62,810 bases of DNA. Origin: a virus (taxonomy: Duplodnaviria > Caudoviricetes). The stretch spans positions 1 through 62,810 of the IMG/VR virus record IMGVR_UViG_3300025652_007521. The stretch is one strand, 5' to 3'. The position numbers and the translations under genes were made by a program. Under the pieces are notes generated by a model that saw nothing but the letters and a program-made list of their open reading frames with translations, was not told the DNA's origin and did no database searches. Below, piece by piece: positions 25,983 to 37,700 of the stretch (its first letter is position 1; every line of letters starts with the position of its first letter).

Positions 25983-27719
25983 ATGGCCGCTATAATTTCG
26001 GGAAATTTTAGATCACTTAACGCTGCAGCTTTTGTTGATGAAGTAAAAGGTGATAGAAGTAACATATACATTGGATTAGGTAAATCTAGTCCATGGGGAG
26101 GTACAACTACTGCTAATACTAGTGACACAAATGCACCAGCTCCTACTGATACACTAGATGCTATTAATGAAGCACGTCAACAAATGATTGGTATGAAGCT
26201 AGTAACTGATCAGGATATATCGCACGTTATACCAAGATATGACTGGGTCGCAGGTGCTGAGTTTGTTGCATGGGATTCAACTGATCCAGCTATTTTTGAT
26301 AAAGCTTTTTATTGTCTAACTTCAGACTTTAAAGTCTATAAGTGTATTGTTGCTCCAATTTCTGGTGGAGTATCTGATGTACCAACTCATGTAGATGCAA
26401 ATATTACTGCAACTTCTGACGGCTATCATTGGAAATATATGTATACTATTCTTGCTTCTGATTCAGAAAAGTTCCTAACAAATTCATATTTGCCTGTTAA
26501 AACTCTAACAGAAGAAACTAAAGCCCAGGTAGCTGCAACTATTACTGCAAATGCAACAACCTTTACAATTGATAATGAAAATCCACGAATCATGGTTGGT
26601 CAAACAATTACTGCTATTGCTAACGGTGCAACAGAGCCTTCCATCACCGCGGACACGGTAGTTACTGCAGTAAGTGGTAAAACAATTACTGCTTCTGCGA
26701 GTATACCAGCTCTTGCCGATGGAAATATCGTTACCTTTGGTGATTTCCTTATTACCGATCCTAAATTTTCGCAACAACAATCACAAGCCGCCTCTCGTGA
26801 ATTAACTAGTGCTCAAGGTATTCACAGATTGAAACTAATAAATGGTGGTAGTGGTTATGATAATACTGGTGCTGCAACATCATTAACTATTACAGGTGAT
26901 GGCAGCGGTCTTGTTACAACAGGAACAATTAATTCTAACTATATATCTGGTGGGTCTTTCGTTAGTGACATTATTATTACTGGTGATAATGCTACTAACC
27001 AAGCTGATAACGTTGGTGCTGATTTTAGTGTTGCACAAGCAACAATTACTTCTACAACTTCTGGTGCATCTGGTGCAGAATATATTCCAATTATTTCACC
27101 TCGAGGACGTCCTGGATTTAATACTTCGCATGCAAACGGTGGTCATGGTTGTGATCCTGTATTTGAACTTGGTGGTTTCTATGTTGGCATTAACGTACAA
27201 ATAAGCGGTACTGTTGATAGTGAAATTGCTAATACACAAGACTTTAGACAAATATCACTTTTACGAAACCCTCTTATTAGTGGTGTAATTCCTGTCGATC
27301 CACCCACTGCAATTAATACACTAAAATATATTGAATATGTAACTGGTTATGATGATAAAGCATTGCAATTAGCTCAACTTGTACAACAAAATGATTATGT
27401 ACTTGAAAATACTAGCTCTGGATTTAAAGGATATATAGTTAATATAGATATAGCTACTGATAAAAGAAGAATCTATTATTTCCAAAATGATTTAACCGGT
27501 TATGTTACAGCAACCTCTGCTGATATGGTCGTTAAAACTGGAGGTCAGGTGCAGGACGATTATGCTTTAGCTGCTGGTAATTTATCAGCAGATCCAATAA
27601 AACCAGCACCAGAAAACTTTAATGCTGGATCAGGTGAAATGTTATTTTTAGAAAATAGAGATCCGATTCAAAGAAGTACATCTCAAATTGAAGATGTTAA
27701 ACTAATTATAGAATTTTAA
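25983..27719 (+). CDS. gp8: Baseplate wedge subunit gp8
   Basis: AII...FR..NA..F, Y.G.G...PW, VIPR.DW, VYKC, DGY.WKYMY, FRQI.L..NP, SGE.L..ENR.PI.R...Q.ED.KLIIEF. Confidence 0.92.
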   Translation: MAAIISGNFRSLNAAAFVDEVKGDRSNIYIGLGKSSPWGGTTTANTSDTNAPAPTDTLDAINEARQQMIGMKLVTDQDISHVIPRYDWVAGAEFVAWDSTDPAIFDKAFYCLTSDFKVYKCIVAPISGGVSDVPTHVDANITATSDGYHWKYMYTILASDSEKFLTNSYLPVKTLTEETKAQVAATITANATTFTIDNENPRIMVGQTITAIANGATEPSITADTVVTAVSGKTITASASIPALADGNIVTFGDFLITDPKFSQQQSQAASRELTSAQGIHRLKLINGGSGYDNTGAATSLTITGDGSGLVTTGTINSNYISGGSFVSDIIITGDNATNQADNVGADFSVAQATITSTTSGASGAEYIPIISPRGRPGFNTSHANGGHGCDPVFELGGFYVGINVQISGTVDSEIANTQDFRQISLLRNPLISGVIPVDPPTAINTLKYIEYVTGYDDKALQLAQLVQQNDYVLENTSSGFKGYIVNIDIATDKRRIYYFQNDLTGYVTATSADMVVKTGGQVQDDYALAAGNLSADPIKPAPENFNAGSGEMLFLENRDPIQRSTSQIEDVKLIIEF

Positions 27720-27736
27720 GACGAGACTTATAAAAT

Positions 27737-30700
27737 ATGGCAATTACAACGTTAAATAAGAATCCTAATAGTGCGTATACATTAGATGATTTCGATGAAA
27801 CTAAAAACTATCATCGAGTATTGTTTAAACCTGGCGTTGCCGTACAAGCACGCGAGCTTACGCAAATGCAAACTGCCATACAGCGTCAAATTGATTATCA
27901 TGGACAATATACATTCCCTGATGGCGCGCGTGTAGTTGGTGGTAAACCTTCTATTGAGTTTAACTATGATTATATTCAGATAGAAGATGCTTTTACATCT
28001 GGCGGTCAGGCCTATGTAACTTCCTCATATCTTGCAGATTATAAAGGTAGTACTATCGTAGGTGCAACAAGTGGTGTAAAAGCTACTGTACTTCAGGCGA
28101 TTAATCAAGTTGGCGTTGATGTTAATGATTCTACAAAAAAAGGTATTTTAGAAAACTCCGGCGGCGATGCTATTACGTTATATGTTCAATATACGTCTGG
28201 CGATGGTGATGCAGCCAATGGTACTGGTGGAACAAATAAAACGTTTTTAGCTGGTGAAATAATTAAACTTTTAGCTGCAAATGGTAGTGAAATTACTTCG
28301 AAGAAAACTCGTGTAGGTGGATTTGGTAATGGTGATACACTTGATGGCGGTTCTTCATCAACTGCAACTGCTACTGAATTTATTGGAACAACCTTTGTTG
28401 ATGATCCTACTAGTGATTCAAATATTCCTGCAGCAACTGCAGTAGGACTTGGTTCTCAGGCTGTTATTGAAGAAGGCGCATATTTTATCAAAGGTACATT
28501 CGTTTATGTTCCAGCTCAATCGGTAATATTAGACAAATACACAAATAGTCCTTCATACATTATTGGTTTAAGTGTTACAGAATCAGTTGTTTCAGCTACG
28601 GTAGATTCTACTCTTAATGATAATGCCGCAGGTACTACAAACCTAGCTGCTCCTGGTGCTGATAGATATAAAATTACAACTAAATTAATTAAAACACCAA
28701 AAGATGCAAACCCTAATGATGAATTTAACCAATATGTATTATTGCTAACAACCGATGAAGGAATTATTGCATCTGATAAGTCTAATGGTGATCCAAATAA
28801 TACAACCGAATTTAGTGCAAGATTAGCAACTAGAACAAAAGAAGAGTCTGGCAATTACTCAATATCACCTTTTAAATATGATGTAAGAAACTATTTAAAT
28901 AACGAAGGTGGTAATAACGGTTTTAAAACTGCTGCAGCAATTATAGCTGATGGAGATGCTGCTAATACACAAGCAGCTAAAATTTATGGTAACAATCATC
29001 TTGCATTTGGTATTGAGCCGAATACAATGTATGTAGATGGTTATAGAATAGAAAATCTAAAAACACGATACATAAAAATTGAAAAACCACGCACTGATAC
29101 CTTAGCGTTTGGTGACGTTGAAAGAGAAATAAACTATGGTAATTTCTTTATTGTTGATTCATCGACTGTTAGAGGTATGCCAGATATTAATGACTATACC
29201 ATTGCAACATTGCAAAATACAAGTAATAATAGCACAGCGATTGCACACTTTAAGGATATTACAGGTGCTGGCCCAACTTCCGGAAGAACACAAGGGAAAG
29301 TAAGATACGAACATGTTGTTGCGCATGCATCTACAAATAACTTTAAGAAAACTGCATCTGATGGAACAGTAACCACAGGTGTTGATCTTACAGTAAGTAA
29401 TAATGTCAGTGGTGTCGGTCTTATTTTTGATTTAGAAATTATGTATGATGGTTCTTGTATTATTACCATGCTTGATGGCGGTAATAACTATGCTACCAAT
29501 TGGGATCTAACAATTCCTGCATCCGAACTTGGAGGTGGATCTACTGCTCTACATTTAGACGGTACATTATTAGGTATAGGTACATGTCGAACTAGATCTC
29601 TTGAAAAACATCCTAGTAGTTCTGATAATTCACTAGCTAGATTACATGTATTCGATGTAAATATGACTCGCGGATCGTTGACAGATGTTAAGCATATTGT
29701 GCAAGAGCACGAAGGTGGAGATGGTGGTGATTTCCAAGATTTTGCCGCAACGATTCCTACTGCTCATATAGGTAAGTTATTTACGAATGCAAGATCTGGT
29801 GGTGCAACATCGATGTTATTCCGTTTACCATATAGATCAATTAAGCATCTCGGATCACATGTATCTCCAACTGCTGAGGTTCCACGAGTAAGATTGAAGA
29901 AAAAAGTTAAATTTAATAAAACCGCTAATAACTCTACTAGTGCAACTTTTGACTTATCTACAGGCGAATCATTATACGGCAATACTGGCTTTTTAACACA
30001 AGATGGTAGTGGACTTGCTTTTACAACAAACGTGACAGAATCTGGTGGTACTGTTACTGTTACTGGATTAGATGCAACTGAAGATGACGCTGATTGTAAT
30101 ATTATTATTACTATTGAAAAGACGCAAACTGATCCAACTGGTAATAAATCTTTAAGAACTAAAACAGCTCAATGGTCTCAAACCGGTACTGCTCCTTTCA
30201 CTGGTTATAAATTTGACGGATATAGCGAAATTAGATTACATAAACCAGATGTTTCTCGAATATACTATGCATATGATAATTCAACTAAAATAAGCGGAAC
30301 AACTGCTGCTACGGTTAATACAATTGGTTCTACTACGCTGAAGTTAACTGCATCTGTATCGGGAATTATTCCTGGCATGCAAATTGTAAAAGCATCTACT
30401 GATACTGGTAATCTAGAGCCAATAAGTTATGGAACAGTAGTTAGTGTTGAAGTAGATGGCGGAGTAACTGTATTAACTTTAAGTAAACCTTTAATTGAAG
30501 CTGCCAATAGCCAAGGTATTATTCTTTTTGATAATATAAAGGATCAATTTACATCTGATGATGGCCAAAGAGAAGCATATTATGATGAAGCTAAGCTTAT
30601 TCCAAAAAATGCTGGTAGCGTGATTGCAGACTTAAGAGTTAAATTTAAATATTATTCTCACGGAACTGGTGACTATTTTACAATTGATTCACATAGTGGA

Positions 30701-33700
30701 GATGATAAAACTTATTACGCTAGACAATTTAATGGTTTGCCTTTAAGAGATTGTATTGACTTTAGACCAGTTAAAGCTGTAACAAATGGAACAAATTCTC
30801 CTGTATTAGGTAAAGAATTTTCTAGTGGTACAGGTGGTGTAGTCGGTAAGCCACCAGCTCAAGGTGAAAAAGTTACAACTGATATGGAATTTTATTTACC
30901 TCGTGTAGATAAAATCATAGTAGATAAAGAAGGAAAATTCGATGTTATTAAAGGTGAAACTGGATTAAATCCTACTATTCCAGAAGATCGATCTAATGCT
31001 ATGACCCTTTTCACATTATTCTTAAATGGATTTATGTTTAGAGCGCCACCTCAAAAAGATTATAAAGTTACGACTCATAACTATAAACGATATCAAATGA
31101 AAGATATTGGAAATCTTGATAAAAGAATTAAGAAGCTAGAATACTATACGTCTTTAAACTTTTTAGAAGCTTCGGCAACAAATCAACACATGGTTGATGA
31201 TTCTGGTAACCCTTTATTTAAAAATGGTATTTTTGTAGATTCATTTAAAGGTCACAATAAAGGTAATGTTAACCACCCAGATTATTTAAATGCTATTGAC
31301 AAATATCAAGGTGTTTTAAGACCACATTGTAATTTTAGAAATGTACCTCTACGCAGATATGCTAATGATATGAATCAAGGCACTGGTACAGAACCTAAGA
31401 GTTCTAAGATTGCTCTTAAAAATTCTATATACACATTGCCATATACTAATACTGCGTTTATCGAACAGCCCTATGCGGTTGATAGTATTAAAGTTAATCC
31501 ATACAATATCTTTACATGGGGCGGTACTATGCATCTTTCGCCCGATAGTGATGAATGGCTAGATACATATCATCGACCAGAAGTAACTATTGATCAAGAA
31601 GGTACAAGTGATGCTTTATTGGCAACACTGCTAGAGGAAAATGCTATAGGTACATTCTGGAATGAATGGGAAACAATATATACTGGAAAAGATATTGATC
31701 TTGTTAGTGAAAGAAACATGACTCTACAAGCAACACATGGTTGGAAATCTGGTGCGAATACTGTGGATGGAATCGGTGGAGATTGGTTGTCAAATCAAAC
31801 TCATACATATGATTTCCAAAGAGTAGATATTGATGCTTTATTAGCAGAACAAGATAACCCTAATCATGATTGGTTTGACGCTACTGCAACCGGTGGATCA
31901 GGCATGAGAATTAAGGTCAATGAAACAATACATGAAGAAACAACGTTTCATAACCAGGTAAGAGAAGGATTTAATAACTCTATTGTTTGGGATACAGAAT
32001 ATGAATCTCAAGGTAGTAAAGTAGTTGAGACAAATGTTATTCCACTTATGCGCCCACGTCATATATATTTTAGAGCTGAGCATTTGAAGCCTAACACTAG
32101 ATTCTATCCTTTCTTTGATGGTGTTGATGTAAGCGATTATTGTGTGGGCGTAGAATCTAATTATGGTCCTAATGGCTTTGTTGAGTTTTCGCAACAAGAA
32201 CAAATTAATGTTAATGCGAATTTTAATAAGACAAGCAGTACACCTCAAGGTGCACTTATTTCTGATGCAGGTGGTAAGTTATTTGGTAAGTTCTTAATAC
32301 CTAACAACGCAGCAGGATTAAGATTTAAAGTTGGTACAAAAGAATTTAGACTTTCCGATGACTCAACTAATAATACAACTACTGAAGTTTCTTATGCAGA
32401 AGCAAGTTACTTTGCACAAGGTCAAGCACAATACTTAGAGGAAACAATTCATTCTACCCGTGTTCCAAGTATTGAAACTACTCAACTAGCTAATTCACAA
32501 ACTATTAGAGAAGATGCAGTAACTAAAGTAAGTCAGAGAGTACAATATATCGATCCATTGGCGCAAACATTTATATGTGATCAGTCTGGTGGTATGTATA
32601 CAACTAAATTGGATTTATTTGTTGCTCGAGCCGATGATACTGGAGGTACTGCGGAAAAGGCAAGTATCCCATTGCGAGTAAGTTTACGATTGGTTGAAAA
32701 CGGTATACCAACACAGAAAATTGTTCCAGGTTCTGACGTAACTGTTTATTATAATTCTCAAACTAATGGTCATAACGCTAACGCATTAGTAGTAGGCGAT
32801 ACCTACACAATTAGAAATGTAGGTAACGCAAACTGGTCTAACGCTGGTTGGACTGCTAATCATGTTGGACCTAATGGTGATAAACATGGTTCAACTCCAT
32901 CTGTCGGCGATTCTTTTATATGTTCACATGCTACAAACGGTGGCGGTAGTACTGGTATCGCTCGAGCTGAAAATACATGTTATGCAGGTGATATTACAGA
33001 TGATGCTAGTGTCGCATGTCCTGTAACATTTGAACATCCTGTTTATTTGTCAGAGGCTACTGAATATTCAGTAGTACTAATTGCATCATCTGAGCTTTGG
33101 AAGGTATATTTCTCAGAAACTGGTAAATATGATATAACTGGTAATGCATCTCAACCAGCAATGATTGGTAAGCAACCATATAATGGTGTGTTCTTTACAT
33201 CACAAAATGCTTCTACATGGTCTCCTCATCAATTAAGAGATTTAAAGTTTAATTTATACCGTGCAAATTTTGATGTAAATAGTAGTTCAAGTAATGACAA
33301 TTATAAAATTAATTTTGTAAATGATAAACTAGAAGCAGATAGGCTAAGTAGTAATCCATTCCATTATATTTCAAAAGATAGCTCTAATACTGTAATTAGA
33401 GTTAGACATCCTAATCATGGTATGTATACTGGTAACCAAAAAGGAGCTGCAAGTACAAGTAAAAATAGTAACGTTGTTTTAAGTGGCTGTGTTAGTGAGA
33501 ATAACCTTACTGCAGCAAACTTAAATCGTAGCGCAGGATTTACAGTGCATGATATTGAGCACGATTCATATTGTATAACTGTACCTGGTGTCGCAACAAC
33601 TCTAAGTATTCGAGGTGGTGGTACTAATATATTTGCTAATGGTAATGCTCAATTTAATAGTTTTTATGTTTATAACGAAAACTTCCAACCATCTGGAACC

Positions 33701-34546
33701 AATTTATCTGCTAGCTTTAAAACTATTACTGGTAGATCAATGGACGGCGATAGAGCAGCAAGCCATGGCCAACAAATGGATTATGCTTCAGTAGGCTCTG
33801 AAGTTCTTACGTTAAATCAATCTTTAGATACTGAGTTCCCATGTCTAATTGCATCAGAAAAGAATGAGATTCTAAAGGCAAGTATAATACAGTCAAGTTT
33901 CCTCAACAAGTCATTTTCTGTTACAATTAACTTTACTAATGATTCTAATTTCCTATCACCAGTTATTGATGGAAGAAGAAACTCACTATTTTTAACACAA
34001 AATAGAATAAGCGATCCTGGATCTTATAATCAATATGCACCAGATGGTTCACTAAACTTTTATTATGAATCTGTTCAAGATGTAACACAATCTCCCGGAG
34101 ATACAATAACTCCTTCAAGTTCTACTCAAGATGCATTTTATAATAATAAGTCGGCAGCTGGTAGATATTATACTCCTGATACATCACCCATCGGTGTAAG
34201 TAATATAAATAATTACATAACTAGAAATGTATCATTGGAAGATAGCGCTAATGAATTAAGAGTTCTTGCTAATGTATTAAGAGGCAAAGATTCGAATGTT
34301 CATTTGTATTATAAAACATCTAGTAATTTAGATGATAACTTTAATCTACTTCCATGGACATATGCTGGACCAACTAATCCAATTTCAGAAGGTTCAGGCT
34401 TTGATAATGTTGAATGGGTTATTAATCCAGGATCAGGTCCAGGTTGGCGTGGATTTAGTGTTTTTGCATTAAAAATAGTATTAACTGGTAAAGATTCATC
34501 AAATGTACCAATGGTAAGGAACTTTAGAGCAATTGCAGCAACATAA
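27737..34546 (+). CDS. Large VrlC-like (DUF4815-type) virion structural protein
   Basis: DDFDE.KNYHRVLFKPG.AVQARELTQ.Q, APGADRY, RY.MKDIG.L.KRI..LEYYTSL, FKNG.FVD.F, DPLAQTF, F.SQN..TW, FA.KIV...P.V..FRAIA. Confidence 0.85.
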   Translation: MAITTLNKNPNSAYTLDDFDETKNYHRVLFKPGVAVQARELTQMQTAIQRQIDYHGQYTFPDGARVVGGKPSIEFNYDYIQIEDAFTSGGQAYVTSSYLADYKGSTIVGATSGVKATVLQAINQVGVDVNDSTKKGILENSGGDAITLYVQYTSGDGDAANGTGGTNKTFLAGEIIKLLAANGSEITSKKTRVGGFGNGDTLDGGSSSTATATEFIGTTFVDDPTSDSNIPAATAVGLGSQAVIEEGAYFIKGTFVYVPAQSVILDKYTNSPSYIIGLSVTESVVSATVDSTLNDNAAGTTNLAAPGADRYKITTKLIKTPKDANPNDEFNQYVLLLTTDEGIIASDKSNGDPNNTTEFSARLATRTKEESGNYSISPFKYDVRNYLNNEGGNNGFKTAAAIIADGDAANTQAAKIYGNNHLAFGIEPNTMYVDGYRIENLKTRYIKIEKPRTDTLAFGDVEREINYGNFFIVDSSTVRGMPDINDYTIATLQNTSNNSTAIAHFKDITGAGPTSGRTQGKVRYEHVVAHASTNNFKKTASDGTVTTGVDLTVSNNVSGVGLIFDLEIMYDGSCIITMLDGGNNYATNWDLTIPASELGGGSTALHLDGTLLGIGTCRTRSLEKHPSSSDNSLARLHVFDVNMTRGSLTDVKHIVQEHEGGDGGDFQDFAATIPTAHIGKLFTNARSGGATSMLFRLPYRSIKHLGSHVSPTAEVPRVRLKKKVKFNKTANNSTSATFDLSTGESLYGNTGFLTQDGSGLAFTTNVTESGGTVTVTGLDATEDDADCNIIITIEKTQTDPTGNKSLRTKTAQWSQTGTAPFTGYKFDGYSEIRLHKPDVSRIYYAYDNSTKISGTTAATVNTIGSTTLKLTASVSGIIPGMQIVKASTDTGNLEPISYGTVVSVEVDGGVTVLTLSKPLIEAANSQGIILFDNIKDQFTSDDGQREAYYDEAKLIPKNAGSVIADLRVKFKYYSHGTGDYFTIDSHSGDDKTYYARQFNGLPLRDCIDFRPVKAVTNGTNSPVLGKEFSSGTGGVVGKPPAQGEKVTTDMEFYLPRVDKIIVDKEGKFDVIKGETGLNPTIPEDRSNAMTLFTLFLNGFMFRAPPQKDYKVTTHNYKRYQMKDIGNLDKRIKKLEYYTSLNFLEASATNQHMVDDSGNPLFKNGIFVDSFKGHNKGNVNHPDYLNAIDKYQGVLRPHCNFRNVPLRRYANDMNQGTGTEPKSSKIALKNSIYTLPYTNTAFIEQPYAVDSIKVNPYNIFTWGGTMHLSPDSDEWLDTYHRPEVTIDQEGTSDALLATLLEENAIGTFWNEWETIYTGKDIDLVSERNMTLQATHGWKSGANTVDGIGGDWLSNQTHTYDFQRVDIDALLAEQDNPNHDWFDATATGGSGMRIKVNETIHEETTFHNQVREGFNNSIVWDTEYESQGSKVVETNVIPLMRPRHIYFRAEHLKPNTRFYPFFDGVDVSDYCVGVESNYGPNGFVEFSQQEQINVNANFNKTSSTPQGALISDAGGKLFGKFLIPNNAAGLRFKVGTKEFRLSDDSTNNTTTEVSYAEASYFAQGQAQYLEETIHSTRVPSIETTQLANSQTIREDAVTKVSQRVQYIDPLAQTFICDQSGGMYTTKLDLFVARADDTGGTAEKASIPLRVSLRLVENGIPTQKIVPGSDVTVYYNSQTNGHNANALVVGDTYTIRNVGNANWSNAGWTANHVGPNGDKHGSTPSVGDSFICSHATNGGGSTGIARAENTCYAGDITDDASVACPVTFEHPVYLSEATEYSVVLIASSELWKVYFSETGKYDITGNASQPAMIGKQPYNGVFFTSQNASTWSPHQLRDLKFNLYRANFDVNSSSSNDNYKINFVNDKLEADRLSSNPFHYISKDSSNTVIRVRHPNHGMYTGNQKGAASTSKNSNVVLSGCVSENNLTAANLNRSAGFTVHDIEHDSYCITVPGVATTLSIRGGGTNIFANGNAQFNSFYVYNENFQPSGTNLSASFKTITGRSMDGDRAASHGQQMDYASVGSEVLTLNQSLDTEFPCLIASEKNEILKASIIQSSFLNKSFSVTINFTNDSNFLSPVIDGRRNSLFLTQNRISDPGSYNQYAPDGSLNFYYESVQDVTQSPGDTITPSSSTQDAFYNNKSAAGRYYTPDTSPIGVSNINNYITRNVSLEDSANELRVLANVLRGKDSNVHLYYKTSSNLDDNFNLLPWTYAGPTNPISEGSGFDNVEWVINPGSGPGWRGFSVFALKIVLTGKDSSNVPMVRNFRAIAAT

Positions 34547-34550
34547 TACA

Positions 34551-34766
34551 ATGAAAGAAAGATATGAAAAAGTAGAAGATAATCCATCACTAGTTCGCGA
34601 TAACAGCTCTGGTGCGATTATAAATATAAATGAAACTGCATATAAAGCACGACTAAGGCAGATAGAAGAAACCAAAAATCAAGCTCAACAGGCTGAAAAG
34701 ATTGATAAGCTCGAATCAGACGTTGAAGAAATTAAAAACTTATTAAAACAACTAGTGAGTAAATAA
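34551..34766 (+). CDS. Small conserved coiled-coil virion protein
   Basis: KVE....LVRD..SGAIIN.N...Y, then L..DV.EIK.LL..L; usual neighbour of VrlC-like genes. Confidence 0.8.
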   Translation: MKERYEKVEDNPSLVRDNSSGAIININETAYKARLRQIEETKNQAQQAEKIDKLESDVEEIKNLLKQLVSK

Positions 34767-37700
34767 TGGCGCAAAATAAAGAAATAAGAGTACCAAAAAC
34801 TTCATCGTTTGAAGAATGGAGACAATCCACTAACGAAATATCATTTGATCTAGGTCCTATTGAAAGTGATGATAATAAAAATGCTGATTCTCTGGATAAG
34901 GAAACTCGTCTTACCGACCAAGCTAAAATAATCAATGTATCTACTGGTGTATCTACTGCAACCTCTGTAGATGTTGGTGCTTCTGCTCCATGGCAAGGTT
35001 GGAACGATTTTTTCGCATTAGATGGTTCAACGGGCAAAGGCGCCTCTTTAGGTGGCTTTGGTGGTACATTGTCTGGCCTTGGTGTTGGTGGTACTGAAAT
35101 AGATGATCAGGAATTTAGTGTTGCTGCAAATGGTAATATTACCTTAGCTCCTAACACTAGTGTTTACGCCAGTAATGATCTACGCGCCACTCAAGGTGGT
35201 ACTAATTATGCTCAAAGCGGCGGTGATGGCGGAGCATATATCGAGTTTAATACTTTCCAAAAAAATACTGCGTGGAGAGGTAAAACCTTACAATTTACTG
35301 GTGATGTTAATAGTAATTCTTTACATTCAAGATATACTGTAGAAGCATATATTCGAACACTAGATATAACTAATAATTATGCTCTTCTTTCTGAAGCAAC
35401 AGCTGTAATAACTTCAGCAAATGATTGGGACATATCACTAGATATCGAAGAAGGTAGTAATGTTGAAGTTCAAGTTGGTTTCACCTTTGGTGGTCGAAAT
35501 GCTAATGTATCGGGTAGCTTTGACGATGGATCAATAGTTGTAAATAACGTTGAATTAAATGTATCTATTGGCGCAAGTGAAATCATTGATCTTGATGAAG
35601 AATTTATTCGAGATCAATCTAATGGTTCTAATGATGTTGGTATGAGAATTGATTTAGCTCCTGATAAAAAACTTGATATGACTGCAGGTTATATTATCAT
35701 GGACGGAGCATCTGGGCATCCTACTGACTTTGCGGTGGGTAATTCTGTTGTGCAGTTTACTGATAATAATAATAGTAATGAACGTGTGTTTACTGGTGAT
35801 ATTGTAGGTATTACAAAAGATTCTACTGGAAATAACATTTCAAAGCTGCTTATCACTAACGTTGTAGGTTCGTTTAATCCTGGGCTAAATTTAGGTTCAG
35901 AAACAAACTATTCAACACAAATAGTTCTTGCTGCTAGATTAGTTAGACAGGTTGTTGGTTCACTTGATTTTGGTTACGTTCGAGTATATAAAACAAATAG
36001 TGGTACTATAACAAAACTAGAACAAAGTGTTACTGCAGCAAATGGTTTCCACTTACCTCGTGCAACCTTTGCTCTTCCATTGACTTCAGGTAGCACATTA
36101 CCATCATCATTTATAGAAGGTGAAAGAATTTATCAAACCGCCGATGGTAACGTCGAGTCAGCATCAAACATTTCATCATTTAGTGCTGTTGTATTGCTTG
36201 GCACAACAACAGCTGGAAAGTACGCTTTAGGATCTCATGGCGGATTTATACTTTATGATGTAATTGGTACGTTTGATCCGAATCGTAGATTAAGAGGTAC
36301 TACTACTCCAAGTGCTACTGTTGAAGCTTCTCGCTTTAGTGCATCTCATGCTGATTGTTCAATAGATAATACATTCTCATCTATTATTCGATTAAACACT
36401 CCTGCAGTTACTGGTGATTCATATGAAATTGAATTTGCTAGTGCAGTTGATGCTATTGTGGAATTACAAGACGATATTGGTAAGATTGAAGATCTTCCGA
36501 CTAATACTGTTCAAGCAGGATTTGGTGCTACTGGAGACAGAAAAGCATTTGATACTACCGATCTTGTTACAACGTTGAATACATTACAAGATATGATTGG
36601 CAATGCTGAAATGCCAATCATTGCTAATAATGAGCATTTGATTCCAGCAAATGTGAATACTATTAGTGGCTTAGCTAAAAGCATAGTTGATTTTATTGGT
36701 GATACTAATCTATCAGATGCAAATTTAGGTGCTACTGCCAATACATCTTCTACTCTAACCAATGCAATTACAACAATTAAAAACTTTATTGGTAGTACAG
36801 ATATTTCTGATATTACTACTGGTGAAAATGTTACTACCACTATTGCTCAGCTTCATGATGAAGTCGGTGATGTTGAATTATTAGATGATACTGCTACAAC
36901 AAGTGCTGCTGGATTTAATACTAATGTTCTTACAACAGCTCTTATTGAATTAAGAACTCTTGTATGTCCTGGTGATATTGATGCAGCTAAGACCGCGTTG
37001 TCTGCTAATGTAGCACCTGCAGCAAACTTTGCTGCAACTACAAATACTGATGGTATTGTTGAATTACAAACTATTGTTGGTGATAGAGTTGGTATTAGTA
37101 CAGCTAATCTTATTGGTACTGCTGCTGCAACAAACAATATTGTTGCCCAAATTAATCATATTAAAGACGAAATTGGTACTGCTGCACTATTAACAACTTC
37201 TAATGGCGATATTGCATCTGCAATTAATGAGCTCGAAACAAATATCCGTGGAACAGTAAATAATTACACTATTACAGATAATCTGCCATCTGACATCACT
37301 TATACTGTCAATAATGGTATTATAACTGCGATTAATACTTTAACATCATTTGTCGGTGATACCAGCCTTGATGCGATAGGGTCTTCAAATACAATTACTT
37401 CAGCTGTCGATAAAATACATATTGAGCTTGGAGAGCCAGATGCTCTAAATTCTGCACCTACTGCATATAACGATACTAGTGGTCAAGAGACTGATGGTGT
37501 TGGTGGATTCAGAAATGCCGTAGCTGAAACAGCTTCTGAAGCAACAGTAGTATCAGCATTGACAGAATTAAGACAAGCGCTTGTTGGTAACACTGCAAAC
37601 TTAGCAGCAGTTACAAATGCTCGTATAGACACAGCAACTAGTGCGACAATTCAAAATGCAATTACTGACCTAGCTAATTTGGCTGGTTATAGTAAAACAA